A DNA stretch of 60,643 bases, filler included, from Gonapodya sp. JEL0774 (taxonomy: Eukaryota): assembly GCA_027604505.1 (NCBI GenBank). It is 2 parts of 2 records of this genome, joined end to end, with 100 filler letters (N's around TTAATTAATTAA, not from the genome) between each part and the next. Parts side by side here need not be neighbours in the genome. Positions count along the whole stretch, not along the records: positions 1 to 30,470 come from JADIIX010000204.1; 1 more part is not named here. One strand, 5' to 3'. Position numbers and translations under genes: made by a program. The notes under the pieces were generated by a model. It was not told the DNA's origin and made no database searches. It saw only the letters and a program-made list of their open reading frames with translations. Below are positions 14,802-27,130 of the stretch, piece after piece. The stretch's first letter is position 1, and each line of letters starts with the position of its first letter.

Positions 14802-17800
14802 ATGGCGCCAACTCTGGGGACGTTTCTCACGGCAGAGCTGCAAACTCTCTCAGCCGAGGCGAAGAAGAAGAATCCTGAGGTCCGAGAGGTCAGTTAAGGC
14901 GCTGCATTTCTCGCTCAGGAAGTGAATTCTTTCCCAATGCTGATTTTGTGACCAAATCCTTGCAAAGGCTGCAGAGAGACTGTTGTACCTTGTGCGACAG
15001 GTATCTGAATCTGGAACCTCGCTACAGGGAGGGCAAACCGCTTCGGACCTGGCATATGGTGGGTGCAGCAGGTTCCTTGGGCAGCTTGATGAAATGGGTT
15101 CCTTGCATCGGCTCCGAATGAAGGGGATCAATGAGGACAGCTTAATTGATGAAAACAGCGAGATTATGGTGCCTCGGTTGCGCGAGAATGAAAAACGGGC
15201 CAAGGAATGTCGATGACGGTTTCAGCCAGCGGTTCGTCGGGCTCAACTAGAGGTTGAACCCGGTCGAGGGTTTTTGGCGGGGATCGTGCAATGCGAGAGA
15301 ACATAACGAAACAGTTTCTTGCTTCTGGTTAACATTCAATCTCACATTTGTGGACTACATTTCCCCGCACAGAACTATCCCTCTCTCCTCTCACTCTCCG
15401 TCCATTTCTCCTCTCTCTCGACTCTCGAAATCCTCGCCTCGCATCCCTTTCCGCCGGCTGCGTATGGCGACTTGTATCCCACCGGGCTGTACCCCCTCCC
15501 CAGTTGGGCATGCTGCTACAGAAGATGGGCGAGGCGGTGGCGATACCACAGGCGCAAGTCGACGTACAACTGAAAGTTGTGCAGTGCATGTTGCCGATGC
15601 TGAGTAATTATAGGGACATACATGGGCAGGTTGTGGGAGAGGTATGTGGCCCCTTCATCTTCTGCACTACAATGGGGATGTGCCCACGAGGGACTCCTAC
15701 GAGCGGGCTTGTTCTTGACGGTAACCATGTCACAGATTTTATATGCTTTAATCGCTCAATGACTTCAGGGATCCTTTTTTCGTGAAGGTTTCGCGTGCTT
15801 CGCTAAACACAATCGTCCTCTGGGAAACAGGTACTTTCACTGTGCCTCCGCCTCCAAGTCCCCAATAGTTCCCTGATACCCTCACATGGTGGTCCCGTAG
15901 TGGCTAACACTGCGACAGCAACTATGCGCCAGTTGGTCGTGCACGTGTTTGAGAGGGTTGCAGACGAGGATTTGATGGCAGATCCAACACAGGCAACCCA
16001 GACGCGCGGCGAGGAAGTGAAGAGTGATGGAGGAGGCGTAGAGGATATGGAATTAAACAGCGGTGATGAACTCGATGTAGGCGAGGAACTTATCCCAACC
16101 GAGGAAGGTGTATCTCTCATCGAAATACTCAAGTACTTTTCGAGGTACTGACCAATTGTCATGGGCTTACTTCTTCCTTCAACAGTTCTCTCTCCCTCCG
16201 CGTCCGACGCCCTCCATCTCTTTCGGGACATGTGTCTATTGGCATCACCGGATCCGCCGCCGGGCGCACACACGACGTTTGTACGGCTTGGAATGGGTGC
16301 GCAGCCAGGACATGTCCGTGGTTTCTGGATGGAAATGGTCGAGGATGTGGTGGGAGTTCATTCCGAGGTGTTTCGAAAGGTGAGATGGTACTGATCAACA
16401 TCAATGTTGCGGATGGAGGAGACATCCTGACATTTTGTTCGTTAATTTTGAATCACTCTCAAAGCACCCTACACTTCTACTATTGGTGAAAGATCGTGCC
16501 TGCCCATTAGCCATCAAATCTTTCCCCGGTCGTGCAGACTTCCCCGGGCAAGTGCATTTTGCTCGATTGGTAAAGGCTCTTGTAAAAGGATATGTTGATT
16601 TGATGGTGAGTTTAACCCATACTACGATGCTGGGCATGGTCTCTCACCGTAAAATTCGCAAAGTTTTCTCACCAATTACGGACCTTCCATCACCTAGCCC
16701 ACGGAATGCGAAGTGTTCCTCTCGATGCTGACCAAATTACTGGAACCGGATTCTGGTCCAATTTGGCAACGTGCGTTGGCCGCGGAAGTTGCTGCAGGAA
16801 TCTGTGTGGAAGGAGTGGTCGCACGGTGGGTGGCATGTTGTCTATTCATTAAAGCCTTCCAAAGAGCAATTGTGTTCTTGCGACAGTCATCTCTTCCATC
16901 TGTACGACCGTCCCGACACCTCTTCCAATATTCTTACAGACATGGTGAACCTCCTCTCCCGTGCTATCACCGAGCGTACCCGTACAACCTCAGAGCGTAC
17001 ACGTACCACGTCTTCAACGTCACCATCTGGAAGTGGGCACGCCGGTCATGAAGATGGGTCGGGTGAAGGAATATCCGCTGCTATTGCCACCAGGATGCAT
17101 CTGTAAGCTTCCTTTTCGCTCGGTCTTACTAGCACATCTTGGACGACTTCATCAGGTTCTCTGTTTTGAAGAATGGATCAGCTTGATAAAACCGATGCTC
17201 CTCCACTCCCCGATAATTATATTTTGGTCGTTTGCCTCCTCGCACTTGTCTCTCTGGCTCATAACCTCGCTGAGTTCATCGTGCCCAGCCTGACGGGCTC
17301 AGTTATCGGGTTACCACAATCCTCGTCATTAGTTCTGAGCAATGTGACTTCTGAGCGCCCCGTCCCTGCTGGAAGGCCAACCGGCCCTCCGACTTTGTCG
17401 GTATTGCCCGTGCTTTTCCATCCGATCGCCGACCCGACAGGCGCAATATCTATCGCACATGACATGTGCGACGCGCTGTGGGCACCAATTCTTGCTGCTT
17501 TCTCAGCCCTTCTCAATTATTCTCTGGATGAAGACCTTTTCGTCACGGTTCTGGCAGCTTATGGGGACTACACAGTAACTTGTGGCTTGTTGCTACTCAA
17601 AACTCCAAGAGACGCTTTCGTTGCAACGTTGTGCAAGCAAGCCATCCCCCTTGGTGCCATGGATCCCGTGGCTGCCGGGGACCCGACACGGGCCCGGGGG
17701 CTGGTCACAGATAGGAATCTTGCTTGTTTGAGGCAGTTGGTGAATGTTTCTGAGGCATTAAAAGACGTTTTAGAAATGGATGCATGGCACTTCGTGCTTG

Positions 17801-20800
17801 AGACATTGCAAGCAGCCGATGGGCTTTTGTTTAACAGCAAGTCTGGAGGAAGGCTTCAAGTGTCTGTGGTCAGCACGGGGGTATCGGGAGCCCAGGCATT
17901 GGCTCGAAATAGCTCCACAGCAAGCGGCGTCCTTCTTGGAGCTGGCAACAAAATATCCGTGGACTCGGCCGCGTCAGGAGCCACGGCTGCCACTTCTGTG
18001 ATAGATCAATCACTCTCTGCAGTAACAGAACAGCTACGATCTCTCTTCGATAAATCCAAAGCCATGGAGAGTAGAAGCCTGGACGATTTGTGTCGAGCTC
18101 TCTGCATGTTGGCAAGGGAGGCCGCCGGCACTTTACCACCCGCAGTCACATCAGAAACAAGAGTGTCAATGTCGTCTGCAGCTGGCATAACTGGCCCTGG
18201 CGCTCTAAAAGTCACAGATGAGCGGTCTTTTGCAATCAACAAAGTTCGCGATGTCACTATCCTGAACCTCCAGCGACTTGTCAATGTCGCCGAAAAAGAA
18301 GCACCAACATGGAGAATGATCGTGGACACTCTCGTGGATGTATGTCACGGACCCTCCACACCAACAGGAATGAGGACACAAGCCGCTACTGTTGTTGCTG
18401 AGCTTACATCTGAGGTTATGAAGTTGGCAAATTTGAAAGACCGAACAATTGAGCTCAGGGCAATTGCACCTCTGGCATTGATGATGGATGTCCCCATACC
18501 GAAGGGCTCAGAATGGGAGCAACCACTTGTTGGCCTTGAGCTGGGCCCAAAAAGCCCAGCTCCCCGAGACGCTTTTTTCTTCGGAGATATCCAACGAACG
18601 GGATTGGATATTCTTTTGAAAGTACTGCAGACATGTGGGCAGGATTTCATGGAGAGTTGGCCTCTTGTTTTTGAGATTCTCCAGGATGTGGCGGAGAGGG
18701 ACTTAAGAATTCTAAATTCTCCTACTTCTGCTGGAGTGACCCGAGCTTTGAGGAGTGGTGTGGAACTTCAAGGGACATCTTCGGCGTCTCTATTAGGGGG
18801 AACGGTAAATCGGGGTTCCTTGCTGCTTCGACAGGCATTTACTTGCCTTCAATTAGTTTGTACAGACTTCTTGGCACTTCTGAGTCCTAAAGTTCTGCAT
18901 GCATGTGTGAACGCGACGTCAGCTTTTGTGAAACAAACGGACGACGTCAATATTTCCCTCACTGCCATCGGATTAGCGTGGAATGTTAGCGATCATTTGC
19001 TCACTCGGCGGAATACGTACCTGAAGAACCTAATATCTGGTAGTCAAGAGTCAATGATTCTTCATTTTGACGCACATTCGCTCGCGATCGCAACGGAAGA
19101 GGAATGGATGGAATCAACTATAGACGGTGTTTATAGCTTCATATGGATGGTTCTCCTCTCTAAGCTCAGCATACACAGTGTAGACATCCGACCAGAGGTG
19201 CGGAATGGAGCCGTGCAGACGCTATTCAGAGCAATTAACATGAATGCGGTGACATTGTCCAACGATTTGCTCGATCGCTGCATTTGGGATGTGCTGTTCC
19301 CTCTCCTCCGTCAAATGAGGGACATCGCCATGAGAACGGAAGCAGAAGAAGCCCTAATGACTGAGGAGACGTCGAATGGAGCGTCCAGTGGTGCAGTCGT
19401 AATGGTTCACCACTCAAGAAATACTCAAAACAAGCAATGGGACGAAACCCGGGTACTCGCTTTGAATGGACTTTGTAAAACGTTTGACGGCGTGGCTCGT
19501 ACGGTCATCGAGAATGATGACAAGAGGAAGGCCGAGGCTTGGGTTTCGTACCTCGACTATCTCACAGACTGTATCCTCCGCAATAGCCAAGAAGTCGCAA
19601 TCTCGGGACTAAAATCATTTCGCGACATCTTGAAGGGCCTGCCTGAAGATGTTAAGAATCTTCAATCAACCTTGGACGACTCTGCATCGCGACGAAGGAG
19701 CAGAGCCATCGCCTTGATGCGTGAAGCGTGGACGAGCTGGTGTTCCATTTGCGATGTCCTCATGCAGACGCCAAAATCACGTTCAAGCTCCCTACAAAGC
19801 GTAAAATCGGCAGACGAAGGACTCGACACATCCATTTTGTCGCGTCAGGAACTGCCCCAACACGTTTTCGGAGACTTTTCACAAGAAGCATTGTCCTTGT
19901 TACTACTCTGTTTTCAAGAGATGTATGATGTTCTTCAACCAAGTTTTCTTTTCGATGACTACGAAAAACTCTTCTCTCGGCTTTTACAACTCCTCCTATT
20001 TAATACACTGCAGGACAGATCCTCGAAATATTCCAGAGTGATTTCTGACGTCGACCAACCAAATCCACTTCAAGAGGCCGTTCTCACAATACTGGAGCGC
20101 TTGCGAGTCCTTGATGGGTCAGGTGTGCCTGAATTATTTTTGGAAACCTTGAATGAAATGACAAGGCTGGCCGCTTCGAGAAGTCGAGTATCGAACCTGC
20201 CGTTGCTTCCATCTACTGTGTCTAAGAGCACCAGAGCGACCTCCAAAGTGGATCCATCGCTACAGACTTCATTTACATATTTGGCATTCACAAAAAGAAT
20301 CTTTCCCCTGTTGAAGGGCAAGTTCACCGCATTTTGTGGAGATGAAATCATTTATACAAAACCAGTTTTCCGGAACATGCTTCAGGTGCGTGATTGTTCC
20401 ACATGTTTGATTTTCGTCAAAAGCAACTTTGGCCGGATTATCGAATGTCGACGCTCAGGCACTCGGTGATCTCATGGCACTGAAGACTACGAGTGATACA
20501 AAGACTGTGAGGGAGGATCCAACACCACTATGGGTGTCAGCCGCCACGGAATTTATGGAAATTTTACCAGTCGGCCTGGATTCCCTGCGGAACTTCGCCC
20601 AAAGTAAGTCGCAAACGAAACCTCTTTTGATCTTTCTTCCTTGAGAGTCCCTCATTTGTCGACAGACCTTCCAGTGGATGCTGTGGAAATCATATTCCAA
20701 GCAATCGTAGATTGCGTGAGCGCTTTACTTCCCGAACCGTACGCACAAATTTTGTCTGGTCCACTTCCGCGCCGTCATCAATAATTGACAATGCCATTAA

Positions 20801-21723
20801 TTCACAGAACAAGTACCGTGCCCATTGACGACCAGAGCCTCGAATTTTACGGGAGATTTTTACAGTTTCTCACTGATCGCATTGTCACGCATTTCGGGCG
20901 TGCCTATGTTCCTGAGAAATTGGTAGTTAAACTGGCGCAAGTGGTCGGTCACTCCCCGCGACTATTCTATGCAGGCTACGTTGGACCGCTGTTATCCTCG
21001 ACCCCCACATCCCTTTCCGCTTCTTCTCCAAAACCATCACCTGGTCCTTCATCTCCAGTAACTGTCCGATTGAAGTCCGTGAATGGGAGTCAGACACCAA
21101 AGCGCACGTCTATTGATGTTGTTCAAGATCAACGTGGAACGCCGCCTACAGATCCCCTAACCGAAACATCACAAGACCGTGTTTACGCAGGAATGTGCCT
21201 GGATTTCCTCTTCGGTCTTTGCAGTGGGGAGAAACAAGGTGCGTGCATCAGAGCACTAGTAGCAAAACATGAAATTGAAACTGACTTTCTTGCAGACTCT
21301 CCTGAACTCCGCGGGCGCGTGTCCTCTGTCGCGGGTCCTGCACATCTTGATCGCTGTGTTACCGTTGTGGGTACATATGCCACTGACGTAGGCTCAACCC
21401 CAAAACGGGTGTCGACTGGGGAAATGGTGATGGTGCTGGCTCGTCTTGAGTCACTCTTCTTGCGGGAAGGAACGCTGACGGGATCGAAAGATCCGGGTGG
21501 TGAGATCACCCATTGAAAGTTTGCGTTTGATTGACCTTTCTAATGAGTCTGCCCATCATCATCAGAATCTCCGCGATTGAAATTAATTTCGACGTCCTCC
21601 GGACACCTGTTCTACATGTATCATGTTCTCTGTAGCTGCATCGACGTGGACGCCGATCGAGAGGTGGTGGAATTGGTTAAGAAATGTTTGGCCAGAGTGG
21701 GCAGAGCAATAGGACTCGGTTGA
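14802..21723 (+). CDS. MON2: MON2 (Sec7-related endosomal trafficking scaffold)
   Basis: N-terminal LTAELQTLSAEAKKKNPEVREAAE, VANTATATMRQLVVHVFERV, DQLDKTDAPPLP, DVNISLTAIGLAWNVSD, DIRPEVRNGAVQTLFR, HHSRNTQNKQWDET. Confidence 0.95.
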
Positions 21724-21867
21724 ATATACCAATGGATTATACTGTATATACTTGCAATTCACTAGTGGCTACCATAGAGTCTGACAAGAAGCGCTGTGAA
21801 ACCTTGAGTGTTCAAAGTACATGCTATTGACTCCGAATTGACTTTGGAATGTCCAAGAAACAACTCA

Positions 21868-22885
21868 TTACTCCCCAGTCAATAGAGGACGTTGCTCATC
21901 GGCACGCTCTCCAGCCTCTTCCGCCAGCCCAGCCGTGAGGACCGATCCAACGCGTGTAGCATAAGTGGAGCGGGTGAAACGGGCAATCTCGAAATACAAC
22001 GCCACTGCAACGAAGAGCCCGACGAGGGTGTTGCGAATATACGGGTAAACAGCCTTCGTGAACAAATGATGGTCATGGTTTCGGAGACACGGTCAAGCTC
22101 AACTAATAAACGGAGTGAATGCGAGGAGAGAGTGCTCACAATGAGATAGGAAGTATCAACACCGGTCTTCGCACGAATACGGTAAAGACCATATCCGATT
22201 ATGAACAGAGGCATTATCAAGATAAATGCGCCCATGATTCGGTGGGCCCACTGTTCATGGGCGTGTGAAAAAGATGGACTAACGTGGAAACAGAATGAGG
22301 ACGGAGACAAGCACCTTGGCAACTTTGATGTACTTTTCTCCCCAAACGGTCGTGCGCATGAAGTAACCCCAAGTGAGCTGAAGAAGCACCAATCCTGTCA
22401 AGTACGTGCCGAATGTGGGATGTCCCTCGGCAAAGTGTTCGCTTGAAAATGAATTAAAACAATCAGCAATGCAGAAAGACCAGGATGGATCCAAAATAAT
22501 AAAACTAATGCAAAATCTTACAAAACTCACCCTCCATGTAGCTCTGTTGAGACGTAAGCAATCGTCCATGAAGTCAGAGTTCCAAGCGCAACCACCGTCA
22601 TCATACCCCGGTGAACGACAAACGATTTGGGTCCCAAGAGCCGATATCGCATGATGATCACCGCCACTGGCGCTACAAGAAGCCAGAGAAGGGCCATGAT
22701 AATACCTGTTTGACGGTTGCATGGACGAAGGACGTTGCGATGTGAGATTCGTTCTAGAAATGAGATCGCGCCGTTTCCTGAAACTGGGGACCCGCTCCCC
22801 GCGTTTTTGGGAGCGTTATCTCACCATGTGAAGCATCGACAATGACGTCTCCGGGGAATCGCGGGATATTGGGAGTTTCAGACAT
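21868..22885 (-). CDS. Cytochrome b561-family membrane protein, paralog A
   Basis: Spliced HGIIMALLWLLVAPVAVIIMRY...VVHRG...HFAEGHPTFG..LVLLQLTWG..WAHRIMG gives four candidate heme His. C-terminal EQRPLL. Confidence 0.8.
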
Positions 22886-23030
22886 ATCTGTTTTTGGTGA
22901 AGGAAGCAGTGTGAAGATCGATCCCTCATCAAAGCGTTCATGCCACCCACACGGCCGCCAACCTGCCACCAACTACTAAATATGTGATCGCTCAGAGCAC
23001 CATGTCGTATTCACGATCTCTTCAATATAA

Positions 23031-24910
23031 CTATAATCGCCCTTTCACTCCTAGTCTCGCTTCTTCTTCATCGAGTTGCTTGATCGCTATGTCGGAAGGC
23101 GGAAGATTCACGTTGCCCAGTCCACTTCCCCCATCCACTGGTATGACGGTACCCAGGTAGTGCGCTGAAGCGCGAGACACGAGGAAGAGGAGCGCACTGA
23201 GTGGAGAGATGGATGGTTGATTGTAGCGCAGTGAAGAGGTCCGATTGGTATTTTATCCTCGTGCGCCACTCACCCGCCTAGATCCTCTGCAGTGGCTGCT
23301 TTCCCTGTCGGCTGTTGCTTTACTGCCTCGTCCGAATGTCCTATCCCGCCAGGTACCATACAATTCACCGTAATGAACTGTCTACGAAAAGTGATTGTGA
23401 GTGGCGTCCAGAATTCAGAGCGAGAGACCGAGAACACTTGTAACGGTGACCTACTTTGCCAGCATGAGTGCGAGGTTCCTGGTGAGCTGTATGATCGCCG
23501 CTGAGAGCAAGAATAACAAATATGGTGGGCAGTGCAAGGGTGATGAAATGGATGAGCGGGCTCATCGTGAATTGTCATCCCACTCGCGAGTCGTACCTTG
23601 CGTGGCCCAATAGCCTGGCGCAACTTTCCCCTCCTTGTCTGCACCTTTGCCAGCCACCCCCTCGATGGACCCCACAGTGATCACGCGAGCGGGGTCGTCA
23701 ACTCCCGCTGAGCCGCGTTCGAGGAGAGGTTGCCTTCCGGAGAGTGATGGTTCAGATGTGATGAAACAAGGAGGGGGCCGGCGAGGTGAAAAGGTGAGGA
23801 GTGATGAAGCGAAGACGCGTCATCCAGGAAGACTCCTTCGTCATCTCACATGGCAATGGTGAGGAAGTACACCGTCTTTACGTTGAGAGAGAAGGGGACA
23901 TCAAAGGCTTGGAGCTGGATGCACGATTGAGACCAGAATGATGAACAGGTCGGAAGAACGAAACAAATGTAAAAGAAGAGGCGTGCACGAGCAACACCGA
24001 ACGTGGCGCGTAGACCGGCCTTACCTCGGGGGCAGAGTGTGGTCGGCCGGACCAGCGTTGTGCTGGTGCATGAGATATCGCGACATTCCACGACATCACG
24101 CCCCACGGCGACGCCACAGCGACAGACCGTACACAAGGAGGAGTTTCCCATCAGCAAGGCTGATTCTCAGACGAGAGACTGTGGAAGCACACGTACAAGC
24201 AGCGTGCACCAGAACGTGCACTTTCTGTTCCCGTCGGGCTACCTCTCGAGCCAATGCGTCACACTGGGCCTTGGTTCCGAGACGTTGTGGCAGGCTGTTC
24301 AATTGGTAGGTGGGATGACCGTCGGTGACAGACGTCGTAGGTGTGAGGGATAGAAAAACTCACCCGATACATTGTCCACCGTTCACTTTACCGTACACCT
24401 GATTGATTTCGGCGACGGTTGCATCTATGCGTTGCTTATTGCGGGACGAGATGTATACTTTTGCTCCGTTACAGACAAGGGTTTGAGCAAAGACTGGGTC
24501 GTTCGTTTGTGTGAGAGCTGAAATACTGTGCCGTACGTGCAAAGGACATACTTTTGCCGATGCCAGTGGCTAAGATTCAACAGTACGCAGGCAATCATTT
24601 GGTTTGAGTGCCCAAAGAAGCTTGTTAGTTGCTATGTAAACGGTTGATACTCCTACTTAAATACCGAAACGCACATCCTCCCCTGCAAGATTGGATTCCA
24701 TGGATCGCGGAGTCAGTCATCCCGCATCAAACACATGGGGAAAACAAAATAATGCAGACCACCAAGGCCGTGAACGCCGGGAACGGAGCGAACAACGAAT
24801 CAGTTCACGTACGTGACGAGTGCAACCTTTCCCTTGATCCCGAACAAATCGGACGACAAAAAGGTTTCACTCGCGTACGATTCTGAGCCTGTAGCGGGGG
24901 ATTGAGCCAT
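23031..24910 (-). CDS. Short-chain dehydrogenase/reductase (classical SDR fold) with micro-exons, YxxxQ active site and C-terminal GRL
   Basis: LFGIKGKVALVT|GGS|TGIGK|IFAQTLVCNGAKVYISSR; DDPARVITVGSIEG; GYWATQAAIIQLTRNLA; ITVNCMVPG; LLFLVSRASAHYLGTVIPVDGG...GVKGRL*. Confidence 0.88.
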
Positions 24911-25033
24911 TTGAGATGTAGTCGTATATGTCGGACTTGTCTGGTGCCGAACAGGGACGGCTCTTGCAGTTTACCCACAATATATGCGCATTTTATCCGC
25001 CTTGCCCCCATCAACCTCCATCCCAACTCAAAG

Positions 25034-26560
25034 ATGCCCGATGACGGGGATTCAACACCCCGTTTCCCCGGAGATCTTGTTGTTCTTGGATTTCACGGTC
25101 AGAGAGTTCTAACTCGTTCCATTTCAATCATGTTCCTTGCCCCCGTTTCTCAGTCTCCATTATTTCGATTCCAGGCGCGATCCCTGCATTCACATACCTC
25201 TTCCTTACCCCCATTGCCATCTTGGTAATGCGGTACCGTCTGGCAGGGTCGTGGACGCGAAGGTGGCACCAGTATGTGCATCTTGGTGCTCGTCCCATTT
25301 CATTTTTGTCGCAGGCGTTTGATCAGATGTTTCTGTACGTGCATTAAATCACATAACTAGGTACACGATGGTTTTTGCGGCAGTCACCACCATTTTCTTT
25401 TGGTTTGTCGCGGTGGTGTCCGTTTTCATTCACGGAAGGTGTGTTTACATTCATGCCCGGTCCTCCGATGCACCCCGTCGAGGAAAGGTTTGCAATTCTA
25501 CGGAAACCGGTGACAACAGGGGACTGAAGCGGCGGGACTTTTGATAGTGGTTTGCCCACCCTCTCACATTTCATCACTTACACCCTTCGTGTCTGTTCCC
25601 CATGTGTTCGCAACACACACCGCACGAACTTGCTGACCTCTCAAAACTTCGGTTTCATCGTCAGCTCCCACTTCTCCAACGGCCACGCCATTTTGGGGAC
25701 TGTTCTAATTCTCATTCTTCCACTCCAACTCGTGGTCGGCTACTCTCTGAAGGCGGAATTTTGGGACAAGCAAAGCGCCCGTGAAGCCATCGTGGTATGT
25801 TTCTGTTTTCGCCCGCTCACGGCCATCGTGTGAGAAAAGGCGCAACTACATATGTTGTTCTCGTTCAGTGGATACACCGCATTCTCGGATTCAGCTACCA
25901 AATCCTCGCCTTGTCGGTGCTGAGCTCTGGTGTGGCGTCGGTCAAGTCTCGTTTAGACGTGGATCTTGGCAAACTGCTGGTGAGTATGTGGACAGGCGTT
26001 CACTTTGCGAACCTCCCACTCCCTCACACTGTACCTCCCCCGCTATTCACCACACACATAAACCACCGTTTCTTCCTTTATGATGCAAATAGGATGCCTT
26101 TGACTACACCCGCAACCTCGTCATCACCCTCTTTTGCCTTTCATTCCTCCTCTTTGACGGACTGGGCGTCGTGGCAGTGCCTGAACTGCGCGACGCGATG
26201 GAAAGTCCTCCACCGGAAACTTTGAATAGGCCAACTCAGATAGATGATGGAAATGGCAGCAGCAAGCGGGTTGAGGAGGCGATGGGGGATAACGGGGATC
26301 CCGGAGAGATTGTGACAGAGCGGACACCGCTGATCGCACGTGCCGCCGAGCTTTATGGAAACGGGACCGGTACTGGTATCTTGAGTGAGGTTCGACACAA
26401 CGATGCCCAGGACGTGAGTGCGGGACAGACCGGAGCCTCTCCTCTCCTAGCTGGTGCTGGTGCCTCGCGCACTTCGATCTCGATACCACGAGCAATAGCA
26501 GATACCCCCTTAATTGAACGGGCCTTGCCTTTTACAGAGGAGGGTGTCGGCGATGGGTGA
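25034..26560 (+). CDS. Cytochrome b561-family membrane protein, paralog B
   Basis: PRFPGDLVV..HG|AIPAFTYLFLTPIAILVMRY...WH; HFSNGHAILG..LPLQLVVG; WIHRILG. First intron at the same position as paralog A. Tail contains ERTPLI. Confidence 0.8.
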
Positions 26561-27130
26561 TTGAAATGGCAGACAGCAAAGAAACGCGAAGTATAGCACG
26601 TGTAGTCTTGTTATCAACTGTTTAATTTTTGGAATGTAATGCAGTATTTATGAATCAGTGTATTACTTGTCGGAGTTTGGTCGAGATCAACGCACAATGA
26701 TGACGTAAAATCGGAAGTGGGTCCCAACATGTTAGGACGCAACTACGTGAAGAGATCGCGCTCTATGAACTACACAGAAAAATAGAGGTGCTGTCCGTCC
26801 AGGACAATTGTTGTAAATTGAGATGGATGTGCCTTCCAACGTCGTGGAGTTCCGAATCTTGAATCCAGACCAGCCACTGCCCACAACTTTTATGTTCACG
26901 ATGAGAGATTATTTAACTCATGTTTTATCCCTTTGTTTTGTTTGTTCACCAGTGATGTGGTGCCATACCATTTTCAATTCCCCCGAAGGCAGAGAGATCC
27001 TTCCTCGCGAGCAGCAGTCACCCAATAATAATTCTCAGGCCACGAACCAAAACGAGCCACAAACTTGTTTCGCCAATGCAGAGCATTCCGCTATAACACG
27101 CGCAGAAAATACAAGTCCTTCAGCGTCGCA

